A stretch of DNA of 63,905 nt, filler included, from Reticulomyxa filosa (GCA_000512085.1; 17 parts of 17 records of this genome joined end to end with filler, not necessarily neighbours in it); one strand, 5' to 3'; shown: positions 39,098 to 52,130, counted from the first letter of the whole stretch. Notes: generated by a model not told the origin, from the letters alone. Translations and numbers: made by a program.

Positions 39098-39566
39098 CTT
39101 TTCACATTCAATCCTAGTTTCAAAAAAAAAAAAGGCTTTATTTTGTTGTTCACAGTAATTCCTCTTTTACTTTCTAAGTACACGTTTTAATATTCTTGGT
39201 AGTAGACGATTCTTGGATGTTACAGACACTTTCATTTTCTTATTTTTTTGGCTGCAAACTGTCAAGTCTTATAAGATGTGAAAAGAAAGAAATTCAGAGT
39301 TAAAAAGTAGTTTGCAAAGAAAGTGATTCGATTTATTGTTTTAAATTTTCAATGACTGCAACCGTTTTGAAGTTTATCGTTATATGTTTTAATGGGCTGT
39401 TAAAGTCCTTGTGTGTAAACATACGGGCGCACATTGAGGCTTTTTTTTACTGAAAAAAAATGAATAATTGGACATGATTAGAAGCGCTGATTGCAAATTG
39501 AACAAACTTTTACAATTGGAAAAAAAGTGTGTGACTTTAGTGCTCTTGTAAAACAGAGTGTCAGTG

Positions 39567-40358
39567 ATGACGGACTCGACGTATTTTCGCAGCGACCACT
39601 TGGCAGTGTTGATAAGTGGTGGACTAGGGATAATTGCGATACTTGGACTTTTGATCTCAACATTGAAGAACAGTGCAAGCTTTTATTGGCAAAGGAACCA
39701 CATTGTGTTGAAGAAGAGATACGCAATAATTACATTGCATGAGATCGTTTACTTTGTAATTCACTCCTTGTCACAAATAAGTTACTTCATAACCTTTCAA
39801 TTGTTGGACATCATGCATTGTCATTCTAACTCTTCGTCCTATCACTTGTACCACCTTCCATTGAGTATTTCCCTGTTGGCCGGGGTTGGTTATCTGTTGT
39901 GTTGGTTCTGGCGATTTTGGTTAATTTACACACACACACACAAACATTAACATTACATTAGAACATATACATGCATACATTGACATTGAATATTTATATA
40001 TCTTTTTTTTTTTTTTTAAAAAAAAAGGATGATATTCTATGAAATCAAATGGATACAAGCGACGTCGACAGAACAATGGAAGAAACTCTTAAACCCCAAC
40101 ATTGGGAAACACAATTACTTCATAAAACATCGGTTGACTCTTGGAAACTCGCACACCATTGGTAAAGGCATTTACGTAGTCCTCTTTTTCACAAGCATCC
40201 TTTTGCTGGTGTACTCGTGGTTTGACGTGCGCGTGGCCTACGGCATTTACGTCCTTATGAACATCATCCCGTATATGTTCATCGCCGCATTGTGGAAGCT
40301 AGTCCCGCCATTTGAAGACAGCTTTCTGGTCTATTTCTCTTCCCTTCCCCCCCCCCCC
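39567..40358 (+). CDS. Multi-pass membrane protein, possibly the 7TM region of a 7TM-RGS-like protein (truncated)
   Basis: At least five hydrophobic helices over two exons (intron 39920-40027). Basic loop QRNHIVLKKRY after TM1. No RGS domain is visible. Confidence 0.55.
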
Positions 40359-41523
40359 NNNNNNNNNNNNNNNNNNNNNNNNNNNNNNNNNNNNNNNNNN
40401 NNTTAATTAATTAANNNNNNNNNNNNNNNNNNNNNNNNNNNNNNNNNNNNNNNNNNNNTTTTTTTCCGCAAAATTACCATAACTGAGTTCGATGTATAAC
40501 AAATAAATACTCAAAACTTTGCATTTATTTATGAGCCATTCTCACTATCTCCTAGCAAGAACAAGCGGACAGCAAAGAGTTAAATTGTATTTCCAGAAAA
40601 AATTTGCATTAATCTCAAAAAAAAAAATTTAACAAGTTAAGTGCTTTCATATTTGCTATTGTCAGTAAGCGATTTATTAGATAGATCCGCAAAATCGAGG
40701 TTATTCGAATACCTGCTAAACCTCTACAAATTGCCAGACATAACAATGTCACCAAGATAATTTGCTTTGTCATGAAATAAGAAAAAATACAGTTCTAACC
40801 AAGAATTTACACTAAGAGAAGACAAAAACATTAAGCCAGATTCATTAGCTGGTGGACATTTCAATTTAGACTCTTCAGTGGTTGTTATGAAGCAAACATT
40901 ACATAGAAAAAATTTTAAAAAATGGAACCACCCCTTTTTTTTAGTGTCTGATTTTGTCTTCACATTTTTCAACAGAATTTGGGCCACGGAACCAAAAAAT
41001 GGTCAAAACTAAAGGGAAAAAAAAGATTAGAACTGGACAGAAGTATGGATCGAAAGTGGCAATTAGTGCAAAGAGGTTAAACGAGATAAAGGTTTTTCAA
41101 AAGTTGTTGAAAACTTAAATAGCATTTCAATCAAAGAAATGAAATGATTAGTATTCATTTAGTAAATTTTTTTTTTATGGGAGTGCTGTATGGTATGATA
41201 GTGATAAATGATACATAAATTATATATTTATGTATGTAATACATTGACTATTGATCTATATTTTTCAACAAACATATATGCATTCAAAGCTATGACACAA
41301 AGTTTTTCATTCCTTTCGGATTGAAAAGACAGTCTTTAGATTACATTGACAACAGTAATTGTCTTTCTATCATACCAAAAAAAAAAAAAGAGTAGTTGTG
41401 AAGAATTTGACAAAAAAAGAAAAAAAAAATTTAATTTGATTTTATATTAAAACCCTTGACATGATTGCAAGAAACCAATGGACAAGACCAGAAAGAGGAA
41501 TAGAAAAGAATGTGTGAGAAAGA

Positions 41524-42008
41524 TTAATCTCCTAAGACTTGTTCAATATTGACAAAAGCATCAAACAAAGCATCAAACTTGGGAGTGCCCCATCCAGTGC
41601 ACGCATCCCACCCTTGGGCGGCATTGAAAGCGACGCCATGATCAGTGAAGGCGCCTTGATTATAGCCTTTGACAACATCATTGAAGTACTTATTTTGGTC
41701 GATTTCGGCGAGACGATACAAGTTGGGATTGATCCAGCCGAGGCGTGTTTTGCCATTGGCAATGCGAGCATCATTGATGAGTGCAAACATGGCAGCGACA
41801 CAGGACACGACGCGGACGTGCCGCCAGTGGTGTACATATTTCCGCGATTGACAATTAAGTAGTTTTGCGCTTGCGCACTGATATCAGGATACGCACGTCC
41901 TTGCGCATTGAAGCGATGAGTGCGCAAGCGTTTGGAGTTTTGTTCCAAGTAGTTATTGACAGCATGTTTCTGTTGGTCAAAGGAATCAAAGAATAAGCTG
42001 AAGCCACC
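41524..42008 (-). CDS. Sedolisin (S53) / tripeptidyl-peptidase-1-like protease, 3' part
   Basis: GRAYPDISA, catalytic GGTSASCP, LINDAR...LGWINPNLY, GWDACTGWGTP. One-base frameshift near 41801. Confidence 0.92.
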
Positions 42009-42108
42009 NNNNNNNNNNNNNNNNNNNNNNNNNNNNNNNNNNNNNNNNNNNNTTAATTAATTAANNNNNNNNNNNNNNNNNNNNNNNNNNNNNNNNNNNN
42101 NNNNNNNN

Positions 42109-43190
42109 TTTGCATTTGTCGTCTTTCCATAGCTTGCATGTCTTGCAGCTGGGCAGAAGGGTGCCATTGCTGGGCGAAGGATATTGGCATGATGGAAATG
42201 TCGCCCGCAGAGTACGGGTACTGCAGCCGATTCTGGGCCTGCATGTGTGGCGACGATTGCATTTGGACTTGGGGGTTCATGAGCATCAATGCTCTTGGGT
42301 CCATGCCTTGCAACGGCCCAACGTCTTCCCTGTCGAAAACGTCCTTGTTGCCATTGGCATAGTCGAACTGCGAAATGCCCATGCCATTGCCGATCATCTC
42401 GTCGTGGATCGGCGTGTTCGTGATCAAAGGTGTGTCTGCGTACCGTTTGGGGATGTCATTTGGCGCCGTCAAAGAGTTTTCATACCTATCTTTCGTTGGC
42501 TTTGGCGGAGACGTTGTCATCGGCATGCCTGTTGTCCTTTCCGTTTTTGTGCCATAGAAACGGTTGGTTATTCCAGTTAGGTTCCCGTCAATATCTCCTT
42601 GACCCTGAGCAGATTGATTATATGCAAATATATGTACAAATATATACATATATGTATGTATGTATACAAATATATTAATAAACCTGGTTAATATTTGGTA
42701 TGGAATTCATCATGGCCAATTCAGGGACTGCTCTGTCTGTTTGAGTGCCAAATCCACTGTTGCCAGGGTACATTTGATCGCCATGAGGATCTTCGAGTAA
42801 TATGTTGCTAGTCACTCGTTTTGGAGGTTCGTATTTATTTGATGTCGGTTCGCCTTTTGCCTTTTTTTTTTTGTTTTTGTTTTTGTTTTTGTTTTTGAAG
42901 AGGACAAAGGGGGGGGGGGGAGGAGGAGAAAATTGTTTATGAGCTGGCAGAACAAGACAGTGCAAAAAAAATATGGCTGACAGCACGTGTAAGACAATAC
43001 ATCAGTAGTGGTATCGTTCCCATTGGAGGCGTAGAGAGGCGAGCCTTGCACGTTGTTGACTGACTTCCAAGTCTTTTGACACCATCTTTTGTAACCGTAC
43101 CAACCAATCACAGTGACCACTGCAAAAAACAAAAATGATATAATTGCCACTAAAATTATTATTATATTCAACTGCTGGTTATCCACACAC
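42109..43190 (-). CDS. Single-pass membrane protein fragment with an M/Q/P-rich cytoplasmic tail
   Basis: LNIIIILVAIISFLFFAVVTVIGWYGYKRW transmembrane segment, followed by spliced low-complexity exons. Confidence 0.6.
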
Positions 43191-46100
43191 TTTTGTAAAC
43201 TTTCAAATGTATCTTGTTTTTCTTGCGTGCCTGATTATGTTTTTTTTTTTTTTAAATGAGGAAGAAGAGGGGGGGGGGCAAAAAAAAAGGGGACAANNNN
43301 NNNNNNNNNNNNNNNNNNNNNNNNNNNNNNNNNNNNNNNNTTAATTAATTAANNNNNNNNNNNNNNNNNNNNNNNNNNNNNNNNNNNNNNNNNNNNTTTC
43401 CACTTAAAAGGTTAATCATAACCCAGTCAAAAAATAAAAATAAAAAGTTAAATAAAAAAAAGACTCTAGTGAATACTCAGCAAGTGTTCCAGAGCTGCCA
43501 GGTAATTATCACTCATCATTTTCAACGCACAAAATTTTTATCATCGGGTTAGCATTGTTGCATTCAGTCGAACATCCTAACGTTGTTGAGTTTTGTGTGT
43601 TTGTGTATTGTATGCGTCGCAATCGTTTTACACTTTGTTTTGCTTTTTTTGATTGAGTGAGAAAAGGAATAACCTCAAAAAAAATTGATGTGTTGCCTTT
43701 TTATAGAAAAGTAAAAAATGTAAAATTTCTCCAAAAAAGATACCTGCACAATTCTGATCCCTTGTAAATATGCTTATTGCCTTCTGTGCGTTTTAAAAGG
43801 ATTGCTATTTGAGATCGTTTTCTTGTGAAGACGGACAGATCCAATCGAGGAGTACGTGTGGTATTGCAGCTGGGCCACAATGAATGAGTTAAACATGTTG
43901 AAACATAGGTACATAGCAAGTAAAGAGGCTGTTTGCCAAATGAGTTGGCCCACTTGCACACAGTCACGTCTCAATCTGCTCTGTACGTCAAAAAAAACCA
44001 TTTGTGCATACCTCAAGTTATTGTATGCTTTTAGAGGGAAGATGTTCCAAAATGGCATTGATACAGACTCTATGTGTATGTATACCATGGAGTTACTGGT
44101 ATTTGTTCCAGTGACGATAATTTGTTCCATTCTCGGAAGCGCTCGCTTTGGTATCTGCTCACTTGCTTGCTGACAGTTTCAATGCTTTGGAAGAAAGACG
44201 TGTTCGCGTTTTCGTTAGTAAATGTATATATTTTGTGCAAGAAGATCTTTGCTCATGATTGACAATGTTCTCAAAACAACATGATAACATCAATTTGTTC
44301 TTGAAATGAACACAAGGTATCATGATCTTAGTTTTTTTTTAATTTTTGAAGTACTGAAGTTTCGCACTTATTCAAATGTGCAAAAAAATTTAATAAAATT
44401 TTTATTATAAAATAATCTTCAAAAAAGATCATAAGATTTACTTTAGAAATGACTGTATTTGCTTTATTCTGAAAATGTCAATTGAAGTGTTCTAAAAAGG
44501 GCCTAGTTCCTTTTTTGTTTTCTTATCTTTCATGTTGTTACGTAAGTTAAAACTTAGAATAGCTGTTGTGCCTTTCGATACAAAAGTGAAAGAATAATCG
44601 AATTACATGGTATACTATCTGACGAGACATGTTTTTTAAAGAAATAAGCAACTTTTCCCTCTGCTGCATTTCTCTTTGGATTCCATATCCGATTCCAATC
44701 ACTGTGAAAAGTGCAAAAGCACGATATTCAAAAGCAAGAATTGGTGTGTATATACCACAAATCTTTGCAAATATGAATATTAATTTATGGATAACTATCA
44801 ATTGATAGCCGCATACTTTTTTCAAAAAAGAAAGACAATTGTTTGAATTAAAAAGTTATTTTTTAATGAGCATTCACTGATCGTGCATTATCCTGAAGTA
44901 AATAACTATGCGGTTGCTGTACAGAAAAACTAAAAGGAAATCCGACGTGAAATGATCAAAAAATAAAATATTGATACGTAATGAAAGAGGATATATGATT
45001 AACTTATTAGTAAAAAATTAAAATAATTTGTTTTTTTAACAAAAGGGGCATTATCCTTCACTCAAGGTTATCTAGGAATAAGAGTTATATCATATCAATT
45101 TTTTATCATTTCGTTTTTATAACCAATTTTTTGTAACAATACTCACATTACAAAATATTTGATTAAATATTTTCATGAATTTTGTTTGTCAATTATTGTA
45201 TCAAAATTATATCAATGGTGTATTCAAAGATTGGAATAATTATTATTTGTTCAATTGTTTGATTCTGATCACCTTTTATTAACACAAGCCTCCAGTTTTA
45301 AGTTTTTCAGGCTTTTCCATAAGAAAGATATTGGCACAATGAAACTTATCAATGATGGAAATAATAATTGCATTGACGAAATTACATTATTGTCTTCTGT
45401 ACAAAGAAATTTACAAATCACACTTTGACAATAAAATATGTAAGTGGGATCAATCATCATTATCATTTGTCGCTTCTCCTATTATTAATGTTGATGTATT
45501 TCAAGTAGAGAAATTACAATTTATTAAACGGGCAATGTTGTCGGTCCTGTTGTGATATATTCAAATCAGAAATGGAGCAAAAGAGATTATTGAGACAAAA
45601 GCGAAAAAGAGAATGAAAATTCTATTTCATAACAATCAAAAATTGTACATTGGATATAATGCGTTTGAATGTATGTATTTTTATTATTTGCAATTTGATC
45701 TAAAAAACTATATGCAAAAATAATATTTGTTTTCGTGTCGTTATGTGCGTTCCAATGTCAGCTATGCATATTTTCTTTGCTGGTATGGTAATAACATGCT
45801 TTGCAACAAAGATCGAGTTTCGATGATGCGATCGAAAGCGTCTTTGATGGCCAATGCAAGAAACGAAGAAGAAATAGAAGGTACGTTGATAAAACAGTGG
45901 CTCCAAAGCTAGACCATGATGTCGACGTTATCTCAAATGCTCAATAATGACAATTGCAATAAAACGGAGCCAATAATGGAAGTCCCTTGGAAGGCAGTAT
46001 TCGTTACCATATTTTTATTTGCATACAATGCAATGATTTTATGAGTACTGATAAAGGAAAGGGGACCAACATTACTTCGATGCAGAATGATGGATCATGT

Positions 46101-47323
46101 TCGTATTTATAGTGGCGGAGTTGTTCATGCATTTGCGAGATGGAGTGACCCTTGAAAATACAGACTATAATCCATTAGTTATTACTGCAAGCATGATACG
46201 TGCATTGAGAGTTTGCACACATTGTGAGAACGATGATCATTATTTTCTTGACTTACATGCCACCTTGGAAAAGATTCGCCAATTTGTTTGATTAATTGGA
46301 GATTGTACTCCCAATATTGTAAACGGATAGATTATTCCCCGACCCAATCTCTTCACGTGTCTTTCACATTGACAATATTCACTGTTATTGATGTGAATTC
46401 ATTATTGAAGAGCCACCACATTAATTTTCTGGATATCGTTTGCACATTATTTTTTTTTTTCAGTTTTTTGTAATGTTCTCTCCAAGATAGCACCATTTAT
46501 TCACATTTTTATACGTGCCTTCTTCTTCATTTGCAGTTCCACCTTCTGCTCATCGATTTAACATATCCTAGTTGTTGTAAAAACAAAACAACAAACAGTA
46601 AATTAATTCAAATTGTTTAAAAAGAAAGACAAAAATAATAAATATTTTTTTAACTTTGATCTTCTTTCAAATGCATTCGAACCAATAAAGCCTGCTAATC
46701 TTACTCGACAACGACAGCAATAGTTTTTTTACATTGAAAAAAAACAATTCAACTTGCAAGAATATGTTCCCCAAATCAACACGAAACGTCATAACAATTG
46801 CATTTTGGAAATTTTCCATTTGACTTTGGTGTGTCGATATCGGAGGATCACATACAGCACAAGCAATAAATACATGTAAAAGGCGACGATAGAGCTTTGA
46901 TCAAATTAGGCGAATTGATGAATTTGAGTGCATTGAATGAAAGTATTGTGTGCTAATCCAAGTGCTGCTGTGTGATTACAAGCACGTTGTAATTCATTAT
47001 CACTTGTTTCGTTTTATAAACATCGTCTATAGCCACTCATAGTTTTGATAAAACGAAAGCAATTTTAAGTGATTATTATGTCGACTCTCTTTCATTCACA
47101 TTTTCTCCTTGCTTTTCTTGGTGGGTCCATATTCCTTGCACGATTCATTACTAGTGTCATATTTTTTAAAATAATCCACTAATACTATTTTTTCTTTCTT
47201 TCATTCAAACCTAAGGCAAATTANNNNNNNNNNNNNNNNNNNNNNNNNNNNNNNNNNNNNNNNNNNNTTAATTAATTAANNNNNNNNNNNNNNNNNNNNN
47301 NNNNNNNNNNNNNNNNNNNNNNN

Positions 47324-47840
47324 CCGATAGGCAGTCTGTGTTGCACTTGAAGAAATTGGAAGAGTTGCACGAAAAAATGGACGACGTGGTTGATAAGATT
47401 ATTCGTCGAGATCAACCTGAGCTTTTGAACAGTCTTGTGGAATTGACGGCAATTGCGGAGTTGTTCCGAATACAGCCACCGTTATCGTTTGCAAAGCCGC
47501 ACAGTCCTCCAGAAAAGGAAAAGGAAAAGGAAAAAGAAAGAGAGCGATAAAAAGTTAACGAAAAGCATGCAAAGATCAGCGCGAATGCAAATGCAATCAC
47601 GTATGACCAAAATGAATTTTATGTTTGGAAGATTTATGTCCCGAATGCGTTGCTCGTAGAAGACACCCCGTACTGCAGATATGACATTACTCACAAAAAA
47701 AAAAGACTCGGACGAGGGCCAAACCGATCAGATGGTAGAGGACAGAAAAGAGACAATGTTAGATAAGGAAACCGAAGTACATATCGCCTTCGGCGATGGT
47801 AAACAGCCATCAATTAATTTGATGTCATTCCAATTCTAAG
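47324..47840 (+). CDS. Hypothetical protein, 3' fragment with an EK repeat
   Basis: Coding-like composition. Frame breaks at the (GAAAAG)n tract. No family recognised. Confidence 0.4.
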
Positions 47841-49093
47841 TTAAACTCTTTTTTACAACAACAAGAAAGACTATTAAATCTTTGCACAAAAGACTATTTG
47901 CTTTCTTTTAAAAAATGAAAATTATAAATCTATTGAATTATATGACAATGGGTTTCAAACAAACGTCCACATAGAACATTTGTATTCACTTTGTTGTGTT
48001 ATGTGACAAATGTGATTAACAGAACAAATTCCACATTATTTTAAACACTTCAAAAAACATTTGATGTCGATTGCTTCTTATCTTTGTTGTTAGTCACAAA
48101 AAATCTTGGAGAAAACAATGCATGAAATAATTGCAATGAAAAATGTAATTTATTTCAACAAAACAAATTTTAGATCTATTGGTAATCTGTCCTCGATAAT
48201 ATGATTTGAAAAAGAGGAGACAATATTATGAGAAAAAGAACGCAAAAGCAATGCAGTTATAAAGGAAATGAAAGATCATTTGAATAAATCATATCAATTA
48301 ATTTCAATTGAACAAATTATTGAATTTGTCAAAGAGTTGCAATCGCAATTGCAAACTGAAAAAGTGAAAACAGTTTTGTCATTATTTGTATTTTTTGTAA
48401 TATTTGTTATTTATAAACAAAGGAAAAATAACACAAAAATATAAAAAAAAAGGACGGATGGACTTGATGAAATATTTGACAAATCTGATAAAAAAAATAA
48501 TAATCAGAGACACTTTTAATTGTACTGCCATCATTAATGAACAATATCAAAATCACATGTGTATAAAGCATTCAATGGACAATGGATTGATATTTATATT
48601 AAAGACATTTCAAATAAATTATCTGTATTTCAATGATACTATCAAAATTTGTATAAACCGCAACAGATAAAATGACAAATGAACGTATAACATAATCAAA
48701 GTAAATAAAAGTTGTGTTAAATTACACCTTCTATTTTAACATCGAAGTTCCTTTTTTGTTTTCAAACATTCTTTACAACTACAAAAAATGTTGAACAACT
48801 ATTTTCAAAGATTTTGTTGAAAACCATTTGAAAAAAAAAACTTGTGATATATTTGCATGCTCAGTTTTGGATAAGTTCTTTTTAAAAAATTTTTGTCTTA
48901 ACTGAAAAAGAAATCATATGTATTGTTAAAATCCGTTTTTCATGTCGGCAAAAATATTTTTGAAAACCCCTTTCATTACCATCGAAAGAAAAANNNNNNN
49001 NNNNNNNNNNNNNNNNNNNNNNNNNNNNNNNNNNNNNTTAATTAATTAANNNNNNNNNNNNNNNNNNNNNNNNNNNNNNNNNNNNNNNNNNNN

Positions 49094-49508
49094 CGGCAAC
49101 GGCGGCGAGCAGAACCTTGCGCGAACCATGAGCAATCTCGATCAGTTCTGCGGCGTCTTCCACTCGGCGCAACTGTGTCAGCGACAAGGCCTGCCACTGC
49201 CCAGTCGCTAGCAGCTCGGTTTGCTCGGTGCCCAGCTGGTTGAGTGATCTCGCCAGCTCAGGGTGAGCTTGCCAAGCCAGGCGTACTCCCTCGGCGAGTT
49301 GCCCAATCCGCAATGGGGCAACGTTGGTGACAGTCGGCACGGCAGCGACTGCCTGCTGCTGTTCCCATTTCAAAACATCTGCATGCCCGCGCGGGAATTC
49401 GGCCACGCGCCGGTTGGCTTGCCGCCACTCGCTTTCCGGGGCTTGCTGTGCCTGCGCCAGGCTGGCCAGCAGTGGCAGGATGGCCAGCCATGTTGTGTGT
49501 TTATTCAT
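49094..49508 (-). CDS. Bacterial exported protein, probably the N-terminus of a copper-resistance outer-membrane (TolC-like) protein (truncated)
   Basis: Signal peptide MNKHTTWLAILPLLASLAQA, WRQANRRVAEFPRGHADVLKWEQ motif, AGGAG/GGAG ribosome-binding site, divergent from cusR. Confidence 0.6.
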
Positions 49509-49621
49509 ACTCCACTCTCCTTTTCTGCCACCGCCCAAACCTTGCGTCGCGTTGGCAGAAAATCAGGTCCGTATTCAGTACGCCTAGTCTGGCCGACGGC
49601 AGCCAACAACAAACTGACAGT

Positions 49622-49643
49622 CAGATTACAAATCTGTCATCTG
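49622..49643. promoter_or_regulatory. CusR/CopR box
   Basis: Imperfect palindrome CAGATTACAAATCTGTCATCTG matching the ATGACA-N4-TGTCAT copper box, between divergent genes. Confidence 0.75.
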
Positions 49644-49695
49644 GCGCATTCCATCGCGGGAAATGGCAAACTGTCGGCTTGATACGGGAATGGCG

Positions 49696-50381
49696 ATGAA
49701 AATTCTGATTGTCGAAGACGAACTCAAGACCGGGGAGTATTTGCGCCAGGGGCTACGCGAGGCTGGCTTTACAGTGGATCTGGCACAAGACGGGCAGGAG
49801 GGGTTTTACCTTGCCCTGGAGGGGATGTATGACCTGCTGATTCTGGACGTGATGCTGCCTACCATGGATGGTTGGCAAGTGCTGACGCAGTTGCGGCTGC
49901 GGCATAAAACCATGCCGGCCCTCTTCCTGACTGCACGCGACCAGGTGGAGGACCGGGTCAAGGGCCTGGAGCTGGGCGCAGACGATTATCTGGTCAAACC
50001 CTTTTCGTTCGCAGAATTGCTGGCCAGGGTACGCACCATCTTGCGCCGTGGTCGCAGCCAGCAAGAGACGACAACGTTGCAGATTGCCGGGCTGGAGCTG
50101 GACCTGCTACGGCGACGGGTCTGCCGCGAAGGCAAGCGGATTACGTTGACAGCCAAAGAGTTCGGCTTGCTGGAGCTCCTGATGCGCCGCCAAGGCGAGG
50201 TCCTGCCGCGCAGCCTGATCGCTTCCCAGGTGTGGGACATGAATTTCGATAGCGATACAAATGTCATCGATGTGGCCGTACGCCGGTTGCGGGTAAAATT
50301 GATGACGGCTTCGAACCCAAACTGATTCATACCGTACGAGGCATGGGTTACGTACTGGAAGTACCGGAGACGGATGCATGA
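49696..50381 (+). CDS. cusR: Heavy-metal response regulator, OmpR family (CusR/CopR)
   Basis: MKILIVEDE...LILDVMLP...[20 protein letters not shown]...[25 protein letters not shown]. One extra A at 50295-50298 restores [22 protein letters not shown] and an ATGA overlap with cusS. Confidence 0.92.
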
Positions 50382-51745
50382 CGTACCGTCTGTCACTCAC
50401 CGCCAGACTGACATTGCTGTACGCGCTGGTCTCCGCTCTGTTACTGGCAGGCCTGGGCGTGCTGGTCGGCATGATGGTGAATCGCCACTTCGATGAGCAA
50501 GATGCAGATGACCTGCGCGACAAAATTGGCCTGATTCAGGAAGTCATGCGCACCACGGCCAACCTTGGCGCTTTGGCTACCCGGCTCGATGACGTGGTAC
50601 ATAACCACCGAGACCTTTACGTGCAATTACAGCGTCTGGGCTACCCGGTGTACACCTCCCCCGTGCCAGCAGGATTTTACTTTCCCGATACCCGGCCCAG
50701 CACCAACCAGAGCATGCAGAGCTGGCAGCACAAGGGCGCCAACTACCATGGCCTGTGCGGCACAGGGCAACTGGCCGACCAGCAACGGACCGAGCTGACC
50801 ATCTGCGCCGTGATTGACACCAAAAGGCATGAGCACTTCATGCATACCGTTGGCCACTCACTCTTGGGATACATCGTTTTCTCGGCGTTATTGGGCGGTG
50901 TGCTGGCCTGGTGGGTGGCGCACAATGGTCTGGCCCCGCTGCGTGACATGAAAGCCAAAGCGCAGCAAATCACCGGGCAACATCTGGACGCACAAATGCC
51001 GGTTGACTCGGTGCCACCAGAAATGGCCGACCTAGCGCACACCCTCAATGCCATGCTGCGCCGGCTGCAGAACGACTTTCACAAACTGTCTGAATTTTCT
51101 TCCGATCTGGCCCATGAGTTGCGCACGCCCATCAGCAATCTGCTGACCGAAACCCAGGTCGCCATCGCCCAACCGCGTAGCGCGGAAGCGTATCGAGAGA
51201 TACTGGCATCCAATGCAGAAGAGTTTCAGCGCCTTGCCCGAACCGTGTCAGACATGCTCTTTCTGGCCAAAGCCGAGCATGGTCTGGTTTTGCCTAGTCG
51301 CGAGACGATTGTCATCGAGGATGAAGTCGCGGCACTGTTCGAGTTTTACGACGCGCTAGCAGAAGAGAAAGACATCCGCCTGCACCAAACGGGTCACAGT
51401 CAGTTGCAAGGTGACCGTCTGATGCTGAGACGGGCACTCAGCAACCTGTTGTCCAACGCACTGCGCCACGCCTATCCCGGCAGTGTCGTCAGCATCGTCA
51501 TGGCAGAAGACGCTACCGGCAGGACCCTCCAGGTACGCAACGAAGGGGATGCCATACCCGAAGCGGTCATCCCGCGCTTGTTTGACAGGTTCTACCGAGC
51601 AGACCCTGCACGCGTCGCGGGGGAGTCCGATGGCGCAGGCCTGGGCTTGGCCATTACCCGGTCGATTGTCGAGCTGCACGGTGGGCACATTACCGTCGAC
51701 TCAGCCGCGGGTGTGAATTGCTTTACCTTGCGGTTTCCTTGCTGA
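50378..51745 (+). CDS. cusS: Heavy-metal sensor histidine kinase (CusS/CopS)
   Basis: Two TM helices, HAMP, H-box [17 protein letters not shown]-box [20 protein letters not shown] and GAGLGLAI. Confidence 0.92.
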   Translation: MTYRLSLTARLTLLYALVSALLLAGLGVLVGMMVNRHFDEQDADDLRDKIGLIQEVMRTTANLGALATRLDDVVHNHRDLYVQLQRLGYPVYTSPVPAGFYFPDTRPSTNQSMQSWQHKGANYHGLCGTGQLADQQRTELTICAVIDTKRHEHFMHTVGHSLLGYIVFSALLGGVLAWWVAHNGLAPLRDMKAKAQQITGQHLDAQMPVDSVPPEMADLAHTLNAMLRRLQNDFHKLSEFSSDLAHELRTPISNLLTETQVAIAQPRSAEAYREILASNAEEFQRLARTVSDMLFLAKAEHGLVLPSRETIVIEDEVAALFEFYDALAEEKDIRLHQTGHSQLQGDRLMLRRALSNLLSNALRHAYPGSVVSIVMAEDATGRTLQVRNEGDAIPEAVIPRLFDRFYRADPARVAGESDGAGLGLAITRSIVELHGGHITVDSAAGVNCFTLRFPC

Positions 51746-51771
51746 TCGCTTGCCTGCTGACGCAACCAACA

Positions 51772-51810
51772 AAAACAGCCCCAGCTCGCAGGTGAAGCTG
51801 GGGCTGTTTT
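51772..51810. terminator. Bidirectional rho-independent terminator
   Basis: Perfect 15-bp inverted repeat AAAACAGCCCCAGCT / AGCTGGGGCTGTTTT, 26 nt after the cusS stop. Confidence 0.85.
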
Positions 51811-51923
51811 GCCGCTGGATAAGNNNNNNNNNNNNNNNNNNNNNNNNNNNNNNNNNNNNNNNNNNNNTTAATTAATTAANNNNNNNNNNNNNNNNNNNNN
51901 NNNNNNNNNNNNNNNNNNNNNNN

Positions 51924-52130
51924 AAAGAAGAAAGATGATGTGGAAAAGGAGCTGAAAGAGCAAAGTGAGAGGGGGTAACGTATTAAACAAGTTGGAAGAC
52001 CGAAGAAAGAATTGGAGCAGCAGTTGGATGACGCCACAGCGATCACGCAGTCGGTGCAAATATGAAATAGTGAAGCTCGCCACATCGTAAACGCGCACTT
52101 GGAGCAAGAGAAGCAAGAACCTCGACAAAG
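51924..52130 (+). CDS. Host coiled-coil exon fragment 5' of the LINE; error-rich
   Basis: KKKDDVEKELKEQSE / KELEQQLDDATAITQSVQ / SEARHIVNAHLEQEKQE, broken by several small indels. Confidence 0.4.

Noticed and set aside
43397-47223. Short ORFs suggesting a decayed gene
   Set aside because: No consistent frame, splice pattern or recognisable domain.
50291-50325. cusR as a pseudogene or programmed frameshift
   Set aside because: One missing A in a homopolymer restores the canonical C-terminus. The same error type recurs in RFC1 and ZNHIT2.
49094-51823. Horizontal transfer of cusRS into the host
   Set aside because: No junction with eukaryotic DNA, and all prokaryotic signals are intact. Contamination is the simpler explanation.
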